Part shown: positions 1 through 13,290 of the stretch, in pieces | Numbering within the stretch: the first letter of the stretch is position 1 | Layout of the letters: the number at the start of each line of letters is the position of its first letter | Assembly (NCBI GenBank): GCA_043228905.1 | Contig: JBHGNT010000011.1 | Coordinates: 7,564,001 to 7,628,000, forward strand | Source of the DNA: Azolla caroliniana | Lineage: Eukaryota > Plantae > Polypodiophyta | Direction of reading: 5' to 3' | DNA length: 64,000 bases | Notes under the pieces: generated by a model | Told to the model about the DNA's origin: nothing | The model's database searches: none | The model's input: the letters and a program-made list of their open reading frames with translations, nothing else | Position numbers and translations under genes: made by a program

Positions 1-2641
1 ACTGCGGGCGCATTGGTTAGACCGAACAACATAACGGTATACTCGAAGTGCCCATAACGGTATGCTTGAAAAGTGGTCTTCCATTCGTCTCCCAGTCGGA
101 TCTACACGAGGTTATATGCTCCTCCTCATAAGTCAATTTTTGTAAAAAACTTGGCACCATTTACACGTTCTAATAGACTTGATATAAGGGGAAGTGCATA
201 CCTATTCCGAATGGTGACCTTATTCAAGCCACGGTAATCAACGACGAGACGAAGGGATCCATCTTTCTTTTTGACAAAGAAAATGGGTGGACGGGCCGGA
301 GATTTTGAATGACGAATAAACCCGCTTGCCAAATTCTCTTCTATGTAGGCTCGAAGGACTTCCCACTCGGTTGGTGACAAGTTGTAAATTGGTCCCCACG
401 GTGGCTTTGTTCCTGGTTGTAAATCGATGGGACAATCATAGGGACGATGATGAGGAAGAGTACCAGCTCTGACCTTGTCAAATACATTAGCATAAGGATG
501 ATATTTCACGGGAAGTTGAACTAAGGATTCCTTTTTAATAGTGATCGAAGGATGTACTGATATTGCAAATAGAAACATTGATTCTTTGTGTCCTTCACGT
601 AATTGATGGAGCGAAATGGTCAAAACTTGATAAGTAGATTCTCGGGGTTATCGATACTAGACTTCTCTTGTTCTCCAATCTATGTCTGGATTATGTACTT
701 CAAACCAAGGTAATCCCAGGACAATGGGATGCTCTGGACTACTAATTATATTAAATGATACCACACCCACAAAGCTATCTAGGACAACCTGAATGGGTTC
801 TAACTCTTCTACGATATTCCCAGAAGCAATGGGACGACCATCAATGACTACTACAGATGCGGGGCAAGGAAGTTTTCTTAAGGATATTTGAGAAGCTTGG
901 GCAAAATTCCGATCCATGAAATAGGAATTGGCTCCAGAATCTCAAAGTGCTAAGACATGTACTAGAGGGGTACTTTTAGTACTAATCATGACTTGGGCTA
1001 AGAACACATTGCTAACTTGCTTAGAGGGAATGGAAACACTAATGGGCTCCATAGATCTAGGGCTGTCCAACCAAACAACTCCTATTTTGGTTGGACTTAG
1101 TTGTTTGACTCTTCCTCTAATTGAGTAAGGATTTCAAATTTGTTTGAGATACTTGGGCTATCATCACTATTAATATTATTAGACACTCCTAAGGGAATTG
1201 ACTCGGGTTTAGTACATGCTAACGATTTGATTTACTTGTCTTCTTAGCCTATGGGGACAGTTGATGGCGATATGCCCTGGTCGACTCCAATAAAGACATA
1301 ATCGATTTGCATGTCGTCGTTTCTTTTCTTCTTCCGATAACGGGCCACGTCGATGCATGGTGTCGATCTCAATCGCCGTCGGAGTATTTGCCTAAGATAC
1401 ATCTCGTGCAACCGGTTTGAAATTGACGTTCCAAACGTCGTTCGAAAAGGAGGTTGTAGCATCGGACTGCTCGACTGATTGCCTTTGTAAGAGATTTTGG
1501 TTCTTCGGGAAAGGTTAAAAATAAATCTTTGACGTCGTTTCGCAGGCCGTAGCGGAACTTGCTCCATTAGTGCTTGATCATCCTAGGGGATATCTGAGGC
1601 AAGTAGATGGAAATCCGTCGCGTAGGCAGAGGCTGCACGATCACCTTGACACAATCATCGGATTTTGTTGATCGTCGTCCTCATGTTGTCGGTATCTCCA
1701 AAGCAGGCTTTAAACCCGCTAATAAAGTCTTCAAAGTTATTAAGCAAGGGAGATTGTTTTTCCAAAAGCGGAGTGAACCATGCCAAGGCTGAGCCGCTGA
1801 GCAACGTGCCTATTAGGCCTACTCGGGATGCATCAGTAGGGTATCGGGAAGGATGCATTTGCATGACTAAGCGTACCTGATTAAGGAATCCTCTGAATTG
1901 TGAGCGTGTTCCATCGAATTTCACAGGAAGACCAATCCTGTGCTCTTTATGAAGTCCTTGGGAACTTGATCCTTGTTGTTGTAACGCTATGATGGTTGCT
2001 TCGAGTTGTTGTACGCGTAACGCTAACTCCCCATGTTGTTATTGCGTTTGCTGTTTTTCTAAAGCAATTTGTTCAAGATCCCCTCACAATCGTTAGTTTT
2101 CTTGTTCCAATGCAACGAATTTTTCTTTTAGACACTGTAGCTTAGAAAAAACGGATTGATATTCCTAGGCACTAACAGTAGCCATAATATTGGAAAAAGG
2201 GGTAAGAGGATGAGGGAAACCGAAAAGAAGACCAGAGGAAGAAATTGGTTCAAACTGTCAGGAATAGTACTAAAACAGAGAGAATTAGCACTAGAGAAGG
2301 GAAGTACTATTAGTCTAAGAGGATGGATTGCGTAAGACTCACGAGAGAGAGAGAGAGAGGATGACGATAACATATGATAAGTACAAAATAACTATGAGGC
2401 TTAAGGCTAGCGTTGAACAAATTTGGTTCGAAATAATGCCTTGTGCCTCTTTTTATAGTGTTCTCAGGAATAGTCCTAAAGCTTCTAGAATGTTCCAAAT
2501 AAATCTGAAATATACAATAATTTTCTATAGTAAAACTTAAATGAAAATAATATCCTACGTATTGCAATAGATAATGCAATGGTCAAGAACTCGACCAATA
2601 CAACATAAGGTTATGGGTTTGAGTCTTGCCATATCATGACA
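1..2641 (-). mobile_element. C1: Ty3/Gypsy chromovirus (Tcn1-like), 5' LTR + decayed gag-PR-RT; runs off the window edge
   Basis: Gag KFDGTRSQFRGFLNQVRL...GSALAWF (1655-1924), degenerate zinc knuckle CLYWSRPGHIAINC (~1255-1305), protease *DSGANS (~930-950), RT YDCPIDLQPG..FFVKKKDGSLRLVVDYRGLN..KIDL (126-623). The LTR starts TGTCATGATA on the minus strand at 2641, like the chromodomain-bearing C2. Confidence 0.85.
2157..2641 (-). repeat. 5' LTR of C1 (inner boundary approximate)
   Basis: Sense strand TGTCATGA...GAATATCA; TATAAA near 2452-2457; (TC)n tract; similar to the C2 LTR pieces at 24925-25031 and 35706-35786. Confidence 0.6.
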
Positions 2642-3909
2642 CTCCGTTTCTCATTCTACAAGACTTTGTAGGTTCCGGAAACAATCGAAAACTTCACTTT
2701 TCCTTTCGATTCAGTAGATCCATGTGTGCCGGTCCCCATGCATCTGAATGTATTAGATCAAGCTTGTTACGGCTTCGGTTTCTTTCTGTGGAGAACGGAA
2801 GCCGATGTTGCTTCATGAGTTGGCAGGCTTCACATATTTGGGGCTTCTGATTCGACCTTCTTCCATTTTGCGAACATAGCGGTGCCGACATCGTTGGTGT
2901 CGAGGATAAACATCCTCCCGTCCCGACTCCCTTGCACAATTATACGGCCTTCTTCCTCGATGAAGCACTTGAGGTGCGCAAACCACACCTGCATCCCTTG
3001 GTCGATGATCTGCCCAACCGACACCAAGTTCTTTGTGATTTTCGGAACATGTAGTATGTTCATAAGCTTTCCCTTTTGTCCGACATGGCTTAAAGGGACT
3101 TTTCTGACATGCACAATCGTGTGAGGAGTGTCATCTCTGGTTTCGACAACTCCCGGTTGCTCCGGCTTTTCCAGAAACGAGAACCACCCTTCATGGCTCG
3201 TCATGTGGTTAGATGCTCCGTACTCAACCCAATCCGGAAGTGGTCTTCTTCATCGAGTTTGCCTTGTGTTTCATCACAAAGGCTGGCCCTTTTCCGGTCT
3301 TACCGGTTCCGGATCCTTCCGATTCTTCTGTGTAGTGTGAGCTTCGTTGGTTCCCTTGTCCAGCCTTGCCGGATTTGGATTTATCCGAATCAGCATGCTT
3401 CTTTTAAGCACTCGCTCTCTTGGTGGCCTTTCTTGCCACAATACAAGCATTCCGTGTCGGCTTTCAATTGCCAGTTTTCGGCCCCACTTTGACTCCCCTT
3501 GCTTGTGGAGGGTCCGGAACTGGTGTCGACACCATCTCTGTGCCGCCGATTTTGCTTTTGTTGGCTGCCGCTACTGCGTGCCGACCCACCTCGTCCTCCA
3601 TGCCCATGGGGCCAATCCATCTCCGTGTACAACATCCGGTTGTCCGATTGAGTGGTCCTTGACCCACTCACGTGGTTTTCTTCGACCATCAACATAGGTT
3701 GCAGGTCAAAGAAGGACGGTGATTTCTCCTTGGTGCAAATCGTTGTCCGGATTGGCCCGTACCATTGTGCTAGAACACCGAGGCAGATCTGGACCATCTT
3801 GTCCTCATCCACCATCACGTTGATGGAACTGAACACGTCGCAGATCTCCTTGATCTTGGTGGTGTAGTCGGTGACCGACATGTACCGTTGCTGGATACTT
3901 TTGAGCTCT
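2642..3909 (-). mobile_element. I: Ty1/Copia internal fragment (gag-PR-GAG-pre-integrase-IN start), same family as G; interrupted by C1 and G1
   Basis: ORFs 3390-3881 (CLYCGKKGHQESEC knuckle), 2830-3204 (SNHMTSH protease region) and 2694-2939 (CEAC..LDLIHSDAWGP), collinear with 59000-60600. Confidence 0.85.
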
Positions 3910-4404
3910 TGTTATTGCAAGGGCCGGACAACAGCCTAACACAGGGTGTCCACTTAAGACACTTCACCAAAGGGTGGTACGGCAGAATGACTTATGGCAC
4001 AACGCTTACTTAGACCTTAATTGATTACTTAGCCATCCGTAATTAACACGCGTTAGATATAACAATGAATACAGAACGGTAATCAACACCGGAAGATTAA
4101 GACAATAAGCTTTATTAATTATCCGCTCCTGATTACATTGTAACCGGGCCTTTATATAGGTCTCCAGTGCGAAATACAAAACGGTGCCACCCGACACCTT
4201 TACGGAATCGTTCCGGATCCGGATTGGCATACCGATTCCGGTCTGTCCGTCCACATCTTCTTATATAATAATATGTATATATTAAGACTACTAATTACAA
4301 TAGTTCCCGAATAACTATTCCTTTCACACTCTGGTTTGGACCTCCTTAAGCCTTCTTTGTCGGTCGGTAACACATGGCACGCCCGTGGGACAGTACCTTG
4401 TACG
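3910..4404 (-). repeat. 3' LTR of G1 (inner boundary tentative)
   Basis: Homology with G2 begins at TGTT-N6-AGGGCCGGACAAC (3910 and 36069). Minus-strand TATATAAA at ~4151-4158 is followed by AATAAA at ~4111-4116. Confidence 0.65.
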
Positions 4405-4426
4405 TCGAACCCACTATCCGGCCTTT

Positions 4427-7400
4427 TTACGCTTCGTCCAAAATGTCCAGAATGCTTTGTTCCAAAATTTCCAATGGCTCGTCGGGAATCTGTTGTTGCT
4501 GTGGCTGCTGTTGTTGTTCCGTTTGTGGTTGTGGCTCTATTTGTCGCTCTGGCACCGGTGTTTCCGTCGTTGGTTCCTCCGTCGGAGTTGTCTATGGCTG
4601 ACTGACCCTGGCATGTTCCCGCTCTGGTCTTTGCACCGGCGACGGTTCCTCATCACTAAGGTTGACCGTTGCCGCCTTTCATGCTTTTTCTTCTCGGAGC
4701 CGGGACCGCTCATAGCTTTTGAACTGGATTTGAGCCTCCAGCCAATCATCGTCCAGTTGAGCTACGAGCTGCCGGACCTACACCAATTGTTCATCCACTA
4801 GGGCTGTGAAATCTTCCGCCAGCTCATCCCTGATGGTGGTGAAGTCCTCCGAGGTCAGCATATAGCAGTCGTCGCCCTCCTTTCGCCGGTTTTCAACGTC
4901 CGCCCTAAGCAATTGGAGTTCCGCCGTATTTTGCGTCCATTTTGCCCACCAACGCACAGAGTTGTCATCAATCAAGCTTTTCGTCTTAGTGAGCCATGAC
5001 CGGAGGATGCATTGGATCCGTTCGGCTCCCATTTGTGATTTATTTTCTGCGGCTTGTCGCTCCTCCTTCAATTGCTTGATGATCCGAACCGTGTCTGCCT
5101 CCTGCTCCCTATAATGCGACAATTGAGTTTGATACGTTGTTTGCAACCTTTGTAGTACCATTGACACTCTTTCCTTGTCTTCATGGTTCTGTTTGTGGAG
5201 CTCCATCTGGTCATTCGCCGCTTCCTACAATAGCCTGGAACTTTCCGCTCGTTCTTCGACGAGTGCCGTTGTGGCCCTATCAACCTCTTGCCGGAGTTCG
5301 GCCACCCGTTCCTGTTGTTGCTGATGCTCCGTCTCTAGCTGCTTGTAGTCCCGATGCAGATGATCGAAATCATCGGTCTTCTGCTTCAGCCTTTGGTTTA
5401 TCTGACGGCGCGCACGGTCCTCCCAGTCCTTCTGTTACCGGAGCTCTTCCTTCAGCCGCTTGATTTCGGTTTCCGCCATCCGTCGCAGCTTGTCTTTTTC
5501 CTGCAGCACTTTCTCTTTTTCCTCCTTCAGCCGGTCGTAAGCATGATGTCCTTTACGCAGGTTTTCCTCTCCACGGCGAAGGTTCTCAGTAGTCTTTCTT
5601 AATTCTTCTTCGGCCACCTTCTTCAAGTCGCGTTCGCGGCTCCGTAATGCTTCTTGTGCGGTGAGCTCCTCTCGTAATTCCGCAAGCTCTTGGGCTTGCG
5701 CCGCCTCTTTCTCCAGGACAGTTTGTGTCTCCGGGGTCTTATTCTTCTGTACATCCACCGGAGTCACCGGTGCTTGGATCTGCGTTGCGGTTAAGGCCAT
5801 TTTGGCCATATCTCTTGCGATTCGATCCAAGTCTTGTTCGAGGCACCGGATTCTTAACCGGGCCGTCTCCAGTTCATTGGTTGTGACGAGCAACCGTTCT
5901 GTTTGCGCTCTTTCCTCCACCTCTATGCATCTGACTACTCCGGCAATTTGGTCTCCTATCCACCGGAGCCATTGGCTGCCGGTGCACTGTTGTTGCGCTT
6001 GCACGGAGAGTTGGCTGATGGGTTCACTCGCCGGTAGCCGGTCCCGCCGTTCTGCGTCAAGCTGCGCTTCTGGTTCTGCCAGTTGACCTCTTTGTTGTTC
6101 TGGCTCTGAGTGTGTTCCGGCTAGTCGCCCCTTGTCTGCTTGTTCTTGGAAGACTGGGGCGGTTGGCCTTTGTATCTCCGGCTCTTGGTAACGAGGCTTG
6201 CCGGTGCTGCCTGTTGTGCCGGGACTTCTATGACCGATTCCATCCGAACCGGTTCCGGTGCCTCCCTTGGCGTGGGTTGCTCAGCGTGAGTTGCGGGTGT
6301 TCCATCCTTCTGTGGGTCTGAACGCTTCCTGACTGATTCCGCGGTGTTTTTTACCGGCCTCCGCTGGAGGTGCTCCGGGGGTTCTTCCTCCATCTCTTCC
6401 GCCTGAGTCCCGACATTCATTCTTGCCGCCAAGGTGTCCGTTTCCTGTTGCCCCGGTCGGTGGAGTGGGCTCTTCAAGGGCCGTGCTAGTGTCTCCTCGT
6501 GCGTGTCTGTCGGTCGCTTCCGGCTGGCACGCTCCTTCGCCGCCTTCTCTGCTTCGGCAGTCTTCCCCTGAGTGGCCTTGGAGGCCAACAGTTGTTGCCG
6601 TTTCGAAGCAGGTTTCGGGGTGCCGTCCGTTGCTCTTCCCCGCTTCTTGGTTTGGACGGGCTCGACCGGTGGCGCCAACAGGGTGAGCCATTGTGTCACC
6701 GCATGCCATATTTTCCGGCCTTCCTTGCCGTCCTTTCCTTTTACTATATCAATGGCCGTACACAGCCCGTCGGTGATCAACACCGGCCAATCTACCTTGA
6801 CCCCTTCGTACGTTGCGATGATCAAGCCTGCTCGGTTCTGAGGCATGACGGGGGGTCGAGGGTACACGTGGCCGAACTCGTGGAGCACACGGGCAATTTC
6901 ATGGAATAGCATATCTTCGCTGCCTTGTGTCCTATAGCCCTTTCTGGCTAGAGAGTACTCACCAAAATATTTGATGAGTTGCTCGGGGGTAGGATTGTCG
7001 ATCGTGTAGATACCTCCCTCCGGAAGGCCTATTAACGCACGGATCGCCTCCTTTGTGATCACCTCCGTGTTGATTTCTTTTATAATCTTCTCGGCCTCCT
7101 TATGTGGCGCCACCTCCATGATCGTTAAGAAACCCTCCAGACCGTGTTGCCGTAACCATTTCTTGGCGGCTTCAGACAGCGTTTGGCAGTCCATCTCTGC
7201 GTAGAGGTCGGAGAGCGTTGGAGAGGTTTGATGGTGGGGAGAATGTGAGAGAGAAAGTTCCGAGGGAGGGGGTTCTCTGTGTGCGAGCTCTCTACGATTT
7301 ATCTTCACGCGTCGCTCTGCGTCTGTTCTCCTTGGTTCGCGATAGGAGAAGGTCTCGATGCGTGGGGGTTTTTCTCTCTGCATCTTGGCGCCATTTTCGA

Positions 7401-7473
7401 GCCTCCGCATGTGCAGGTTGTGTACTATAATAGCATTGCGTGCCATGTGGCGGTGGTTTAATGTCCTATTCAT
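4427..7473 (-). pseudogene. G1 extra ORF3: N-terminal globular domain, disordered linker, long coiled coil; disrupted
   Basis: Pieces 6121-7473, 5435-6004 and 4778-5206 join into one frame when compared with G2; ends ..EPLEILEQSILDILDEA* at 4427. Confidence 0.8.
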
Positions 7474-7609
7474 AGCTCCTCATACCTTTTCGATGTGCCT
7501 CTTTACTCCTCGTGTGCATGGCCGTTTCCACCACTCCTTTCCATGATTTATTTGATTCGCTCCATTATTCTCTTCTTCTTCTTCTTCTTCTTTTAACTTA
7601 CTTGTGTGG

Positions 7610-10600
7610 TTAGTTTTTCTCCGGTCCTGTCGGACCTTTGCCCGAAGCGTGCAACTTGCCGGCCTCTTGTCGGTTTACCGTCGTACTGCTCTCCTCGGTT
7701 GCCGGCTTATGCTCCTCCTTACTGGCTTGGTGGTAGCCGTCGTCTTCACCAGTTGCCGTTATGGTTGGCCTGCCGGCGTCTGATTCAGTGGCGGCCTTTC
7801 GTTCAAATGGGTTCTTAGGCATAGGTCCTTTGTATGGTTTTAGTCTAAATTCGTTGACCCATTTGCCCAACACTTCTCCGACAAGTGTCTCCCACTGGTA
7901 GGACCCATTGAACTTGCGTGTGATCCAGTATGGTTCGGTCCATCTAAACCGTAGTTTACCTGGCATTTTGCCCATCTGGGTCTAGAACACGAGTACCGGC
8001 TTGCCGGTCCCGAACATCTTTTCGTTTCCCTTCCGGTGCCGATCTACAAATGCTTTCCGTCTCCGTTGTTCCAATTCTAGGTGCATAATGCTCGCCAGTC
8101 GGTGTTCTTCCAGTTCGCACAGAGCCTTTAACCGAATTGCCTCCGATTCCTTTTCGTTCAATCGTTCCCGAATCTGAATCCGTAAGCTTGGTACTTGGAA
8201 CTCGATCGGCATGACTGCCTCCAATCCGAATGCTAACCAGAACGGTGTTGTCCGGATGCTTGTTTTGTACGCTGTCCGGTAAGCCTAGAGCGCACTGTGC
8301 AGCTTTGTGTCCCAATCTGTCCGATTTTCATCGACAATCTTCCGGAGGATATTCTGGAGCGTTTTGTTCATCGACTCAGCTAACCCATTTGCTTGCGGAT
8401 AATATGGTGTGCTTCGTTTATGTACTACTGCATAGAACGTCGTCAAACTTTCTACCACCTGCCCAAGAAAGTGCCCTCCTTGGTCGCTTATCAGCTCTAT
8501 GGGGCATCCATACCGGCACCAAATGCATTCGTATAAGAATTTCGTCGTTGACACTGTGGTGTTGTCTGGTAAGGCTTTCGCTTCCACCCACTTACTGCAA
8601 TAATCCGTCGCGACAATCACATACCGGTTGCCGGTTCTCATTGCCGGTGGTTTAAATGGCCCGACGAAATCTAGCCCCCATTTCTGGAATGGTTCTAGTG
8701 GTAGGACTGGCTGGTGTGGCATCCGAGTTTGTTCCGTTGGCTGACCCATTCGTTGGCATAGATCACACTCCTTCGCATACTGGACTGCATCTTTCAATGT
8801 AGTCGGCCACCATAGGCCGCTTTGCCATATCTTCCTTGCCGTAGCATCCCCAGCATAATGGCCTCCGGCGACTCCGCAGTGTGCCTCCCGTAGTATTACC
8901 TCCTTCTCGTCACTGTGCACCGCTCGTCGCCAGATACCGTCCGCACCATTGTGGTATAGCGTGTCCTGTAATAAACGGAAGTGCCGACTCTGTACTGCCA
9001 GGCGTTTTCTCTCGTCCCGGTTCATCTCCTCCGGAGGCAATCCGGTACTCAGAAACTGGTGCATATTAGTTAGCCATTTATCTTCTTGTGCCACCGTTTC
9101 ATCTGTTGCCGTTTCCGTGGTGACTCGAAAAAGCTCTGCATCTGGAAACTCGTCCGGTACTCCGTCACCTATTTCCCCGGAATCTAACCGGCTTAGATAA
9201 TCTGCTACCGCATGTTGTATGCCGGGTCGGTGGAATATCTCGAATTCGAACTCTTGCAACAACAAAGTCCACTGGGCCAACTTACCGGTAAGTGATGCTT
9301 TGGATACTAGGTAGAGGAGTGCCGAATGATCTACAAGGAAGGAGAACTTTCCTCCAAATAAATAATGCCTGAATTTTGTTACAATGTAGATCATTCCTAA
9401 AGCTTCCCTTTCCGTGGTAGAATAATTTCGTTCCGCTTGGGATAGCTTCCGGCTGGCATAGTACACTGGCCGGTACCACCTTGGCTCGGCAAGCTGCATG
9501 AGCACACTGCCGATTGCGATATCGGAAGCGTCCACGAACACATGAAACTCTTTACTCCAATCCGGAGGTTGCACTACCGGTGCTTGTGACAATAACAACT
9601 TTAGTGCCCGGTACGCCTTGTCTTCGATGTCGGTCCATTGGAATGGTGTTCGATGTACTGCCGCATGCAGAGGTGTAGCCAGGTCTGCCAAATATCGGAG
9701 CATACGGCTATGCCAACGGATTTGTCCTAGGAAACGACTCAATGCCTTTGTCGTTACCTGTGTCGGTGCTTCCCGAATTGCTTTCACTTTGTCCGGATCT
9801 ACGGCAATGCCTTCCTTGCTCACTATATACCCTAGTAGCGTTCCGCTGGACACTCCAAATACACACTTCGCCGGGTTCAGGCTTAGCCGGCACGCTCTGC
9901 ACTTCTCTAGACCTAGTCTGAGATGCTGCAAATGATCTTCTTCTCTGCTATAGACGGCGAAGTCATCAAGGAACACTTGCATAAAAGACGGTATGTATTC
10001 GCCAAAGATCTCCATGATGATCTGTTGGAATGTTGCTGGTGCCGTTTTAAACCCGAACATCATCACCACCGCAACAAACACTCCCCATTCGGTGACGAAA
10101 GCCGTTTTCTCTTGATCCTCAGGGTGCATCCGGATCTGATTATACCTGCTGAATCCGTCTAAGAAACTATAGACTTCATGGCCAGTGACGGCATCCAAAA
10201 CTCCATCCGTAAACGGAAGTGGAAATACATCCGTTACCGTTGATGCATTGAGCTTCCGATAGTCGACACAAACTCTAATTTTGCCGTTCTTTTTCGGTAC
10301 GACTACGATCGGGCTGAGCCATGTAGATTTCTTTATGGGACGGATGAAGCCGACCCTCAATAATTTGTCGATCTCCTCCTTGACTTTGGCGGCATAGTTT
10401 GGGTTCATCCGGTACTGACGCTGTGCTACCGGCTTGGCGTCTTTGTTCAGATTTATCTGGTGCTGATACAACTGAGGATCCAACCCTCTCATATCCTAGT
10501 AAGACTAGGAAAATACGTCGCGAAACTCGTTGAGGAGTGTAATTATTGCCGTTTTGTTCTCTGCATTCATTTCTTTGGCGATGTGCACCAGTTTTGCCTC

Positions 10601-11180
10601 CTCCGCCGTTCCTAGATTTACCTCTTCGCATATAACGGTGTCAGATCCTTGCCGGTGCCCTTCCTTGGTTGTGTTGGTACCCGTACCTTCGCTTTCCCCC
10701 GCCGGAACGTAATCATATTCCTCCTCCAGTTCTGCTTGATATGTGCCGTCTTTAACCAAGGGCGTCCCAACAATAATGGGTACGCTCCTTCAGCCTGCAA
10801 CTGGAGAACTACGGCTGAGATTCGGAATGTGTGGCTCCCGATGGTTACTTCCAAGTTCCGTATTAAACCTGTCGGTCGCAAGAGCTTGTGTCCGCCATTC
10901 GGAGCCAGAACGGACATGGCTCCCGTTCTTGGATTCCAAGAGCATCGCACGTCCGGAGGCTTATTACATTAACACCGGAGCCTCCGTCTATTATCGTGCC
11001 GGGGTGTTCTTTCCCTTTCACAATGGCCGTAATTGCCGGACTGCTGGTGTCCACCACCGCCGGTCCCTCCTCCGGATTTGAGAAGAATGCCGGAGCCGGT
11101 GGTGTTCCGCCTGTCGTCATGCCTTCCTTGAGTCCTTTTGTGAATCTTGGTACTAGCTGCAAGAGTCGTCCTAACGGCAT
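7610..11180 (-). pseudogene. pol: G1 pol (PR-RT-RNaseH-IN), with stops and deletions
   Basis: 735-aa ORF 8285-10492 with RT, RNase H and integrase core; IN C-terminus GKLRFRWTEPY at 7610-7975. Confidence 0.9.
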
Positions 11181-11199
11181 CGTGATCTCGCATTCCTAC

Positions 11200-12261
11200 A
11201 ATACCTGCCATGTCGCGTTTTCGGACTGACTGCTTCCAGCGAGCTCCTTGGTGTTCTCCTTCTGTTGTGCGAGTTCTGCTACGTTTCGCTCATTGGCCTT
11301 TTTTACCCATTCTGTTTCCTGTTTCCGGATGGCTCTTGTGTCTCCCATTCCGTAGTCTTCCCCTGCGACCTTGTGGTGACCTGCTGGAGGTCTGCGACTT
11401 CGGCGACTACCTGGTTTACTATCGGTAGCTTATCATAGCTCTTTGCTGGACATTGATTACTTTAATGTCCTTCCTGCCGGCAGTAATATCAATATGCTTT
11501 CCGGGTGTTGCTGGATTCGGCATTGTTTCCTGTACCTGGTGGAGGACTTGTGGTAACCGCGAGGCTCTGGTTTGGTTGGCTGCTTGAGGCGCCTTTTTCC
11601 GGTTCACGTGGGTGGCTCCCGTTTTTGAAATGCCGTTTTTTATTAAAGTTCTTTTTGTTGCGGTACCCTTGCCGGGGTTGGTCGTCATACCTCCCGTAAT
11701 CTTCCCGTCGTTGGTGATACCCGGGGGAGTGATCCCGGTTGTGATGCTCATACCATCCATTGTAATATCGGTACTTGTCGTATCTCTTGTACCGGTCGTA
11801 GTTGTCTCGTCGATTGTCGTACCGGACATCTTGTGCCGGTCGATATAGCTCCTCTCGTCGCCAGCGTTCGTCTTCTTCGTCTCGGCTGCTACGTGGCTCG
11901 ATTTGCCGGACTAGTGGAGCTTGCCGATTCAATAAGTTATATTCACACTGGTCCATCGTGTGGCTCATAGATTGACAGAGTAAGCAGTGCGTCCACATGG
12001 TGCACTCCAGTGACGAGTGCCGGAAACGGAGATCCTCATCGGTTGGTAATGCGCGTTGGAGGGCTCCCATTGTTAGCCAAGAGCTCGTTTTCTCCATTTC
12101 TCGAACCCGGTCGATGACCTGGTCGACGGTGCTTGTGCGAAAGTCAATGACCGTGCATACCGTTCGTAGAGGTTCCTGGAGCGCGGCTAAAAATATAGCC
12201 CGCGTTTCTTCCTCCGGTGGTGCGCAGGTAAGCTGACTGTGCATCCGTTGAAACCGGATGA
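11200..12261 (-). pseudogene. gag: G1 gag, C-terminal part
   Basis: ORF 11489-12244 with CLLCQSMSHTMDQC knuckle; matches G2 gag at 44020-44150. Confidence 0.7.
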
Positions 12262-13290
12262 AAAAAATAATTGAAAAAATGAAAAAAAAGGAGCACGCAT
12301 TTTTCCCTTTTCAAATGTATTCAAACGTTTGAATGCTTGCACGAACATGTTTATGACGTTCTATGGGACTCACAATAGCTTGTGTACCAACAATGGAAGA
12401 ACTTGGTTCACCTTTGATGACTTCCACCATTGCTTTCTTCACTTCATTTCGTGGGTTTTTAGCGGCTTCAATACTTTGTCGTTTTCTTTTAATTTCATCT
12501 ATTATTACATCATCAAATTCTGTTTTAGCTATGCCCAGAAGTTCCCTCAAGGAAAGTATCAAAGTTAATATTTGGAAGCTTTGACAAACCGGTTTATCTG
12601 GATAACAACAGAAAACAGAGACAAGGTTTAATGGAAGCTTGAATCACAAAGACAAAGAGCAAGACAGAGACAAGGAGAGCAGAACAGTAAAACTTAATTC
12701 AAAATACAACACTCTATACATACAATGTGCTCTATGAGCACTTTTATACAAGTCCTTAAAAGGATTGACAAAAGTACTCGCAAATACTGCAATGCTCATA
12801 CAAGCGACTGACACTAACTTCCAAAAGTATGCCTACGTACTAGGCTAGATTCGTAGGCCCCTAATGATCTATCGGTTACAATCCGATCTGGCTCCTAGTT
12901 CCCGATACCTATCTGGTTCTTTGTTCCGGACTCTGATACGGCTTTGGCTTGTTCAACAGATCCAGATCAGGTTGAGCTTGTCCGCTCAATAGAAAGCTCC
13001 ACTTTGCTATCTAAAATTCTTTCTTCCAGTACTTTTTCCAAATAAGTTGAAGCTTCAATATCTCATAATAATTTGAATGAGGGACATTTTTTATCTGTAC
13101 CCTTTTCAACGTCAGGGCTTAGCATTTTCGGATTTTGTGTTTCCCTCTTTTTAATGCTTCCTAGCTCCCTCTTCTTGTTATCTTCATTTTTCGCCAATTT
13201 CCGTTTTGCTTCCATGATCAGTTCATGGGCCTGGTTTGTTGCAACCTTCACGAAAGCTGAGAGTCCATCCACTGGATCTTCCCAACTAAC
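12262..13290 (-). mobile_element. J1: gag-region fragment of a Gypsy related to J2, split by solo LTR K
   Basis: ..ILDSKVELS|LRELLGIAKTEFDDVIIDEIKRKRQ resembles FSLWELLGIAKEFHDLLVDLVKGKRQ of J2 (21410-21480). Confidence 0.7.
12557..12991 (-). repeat. K: solo LTR (435 bp) of the G-type Copia family, TSD GAAAG
   Basis: GAAAG at 12552-12556 and 12992-12996; removing the insert restores the J1 frame; similar to LTR 55499-55898; termini read TA...TA. Confidence 0.85.

Larger units (their letters stand above)
3910..12261 (-). mobile_element. G1: non-chromovirus Ty3/Gypsy (Athila/Tat-related) with extra 3' ORF; 5'-truncated within gag
   Basis: PR IIDGGSGVN (10863-11180), RT/RH/IN in 8285-10492 (VFLDDF, DASD, WGLDFVGP), extra ORF 4427-7473, 3' LTR from 3910. 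Collinear with 36069-45065. Confidence 0.9.

Noticed and set aside
4778-6004. Captured host myosin/SMC-like gene
   Set aside because: Generic coiled-coil composition; intronless, in frame with ORF3 and present at the same position in both Gypsy copies.
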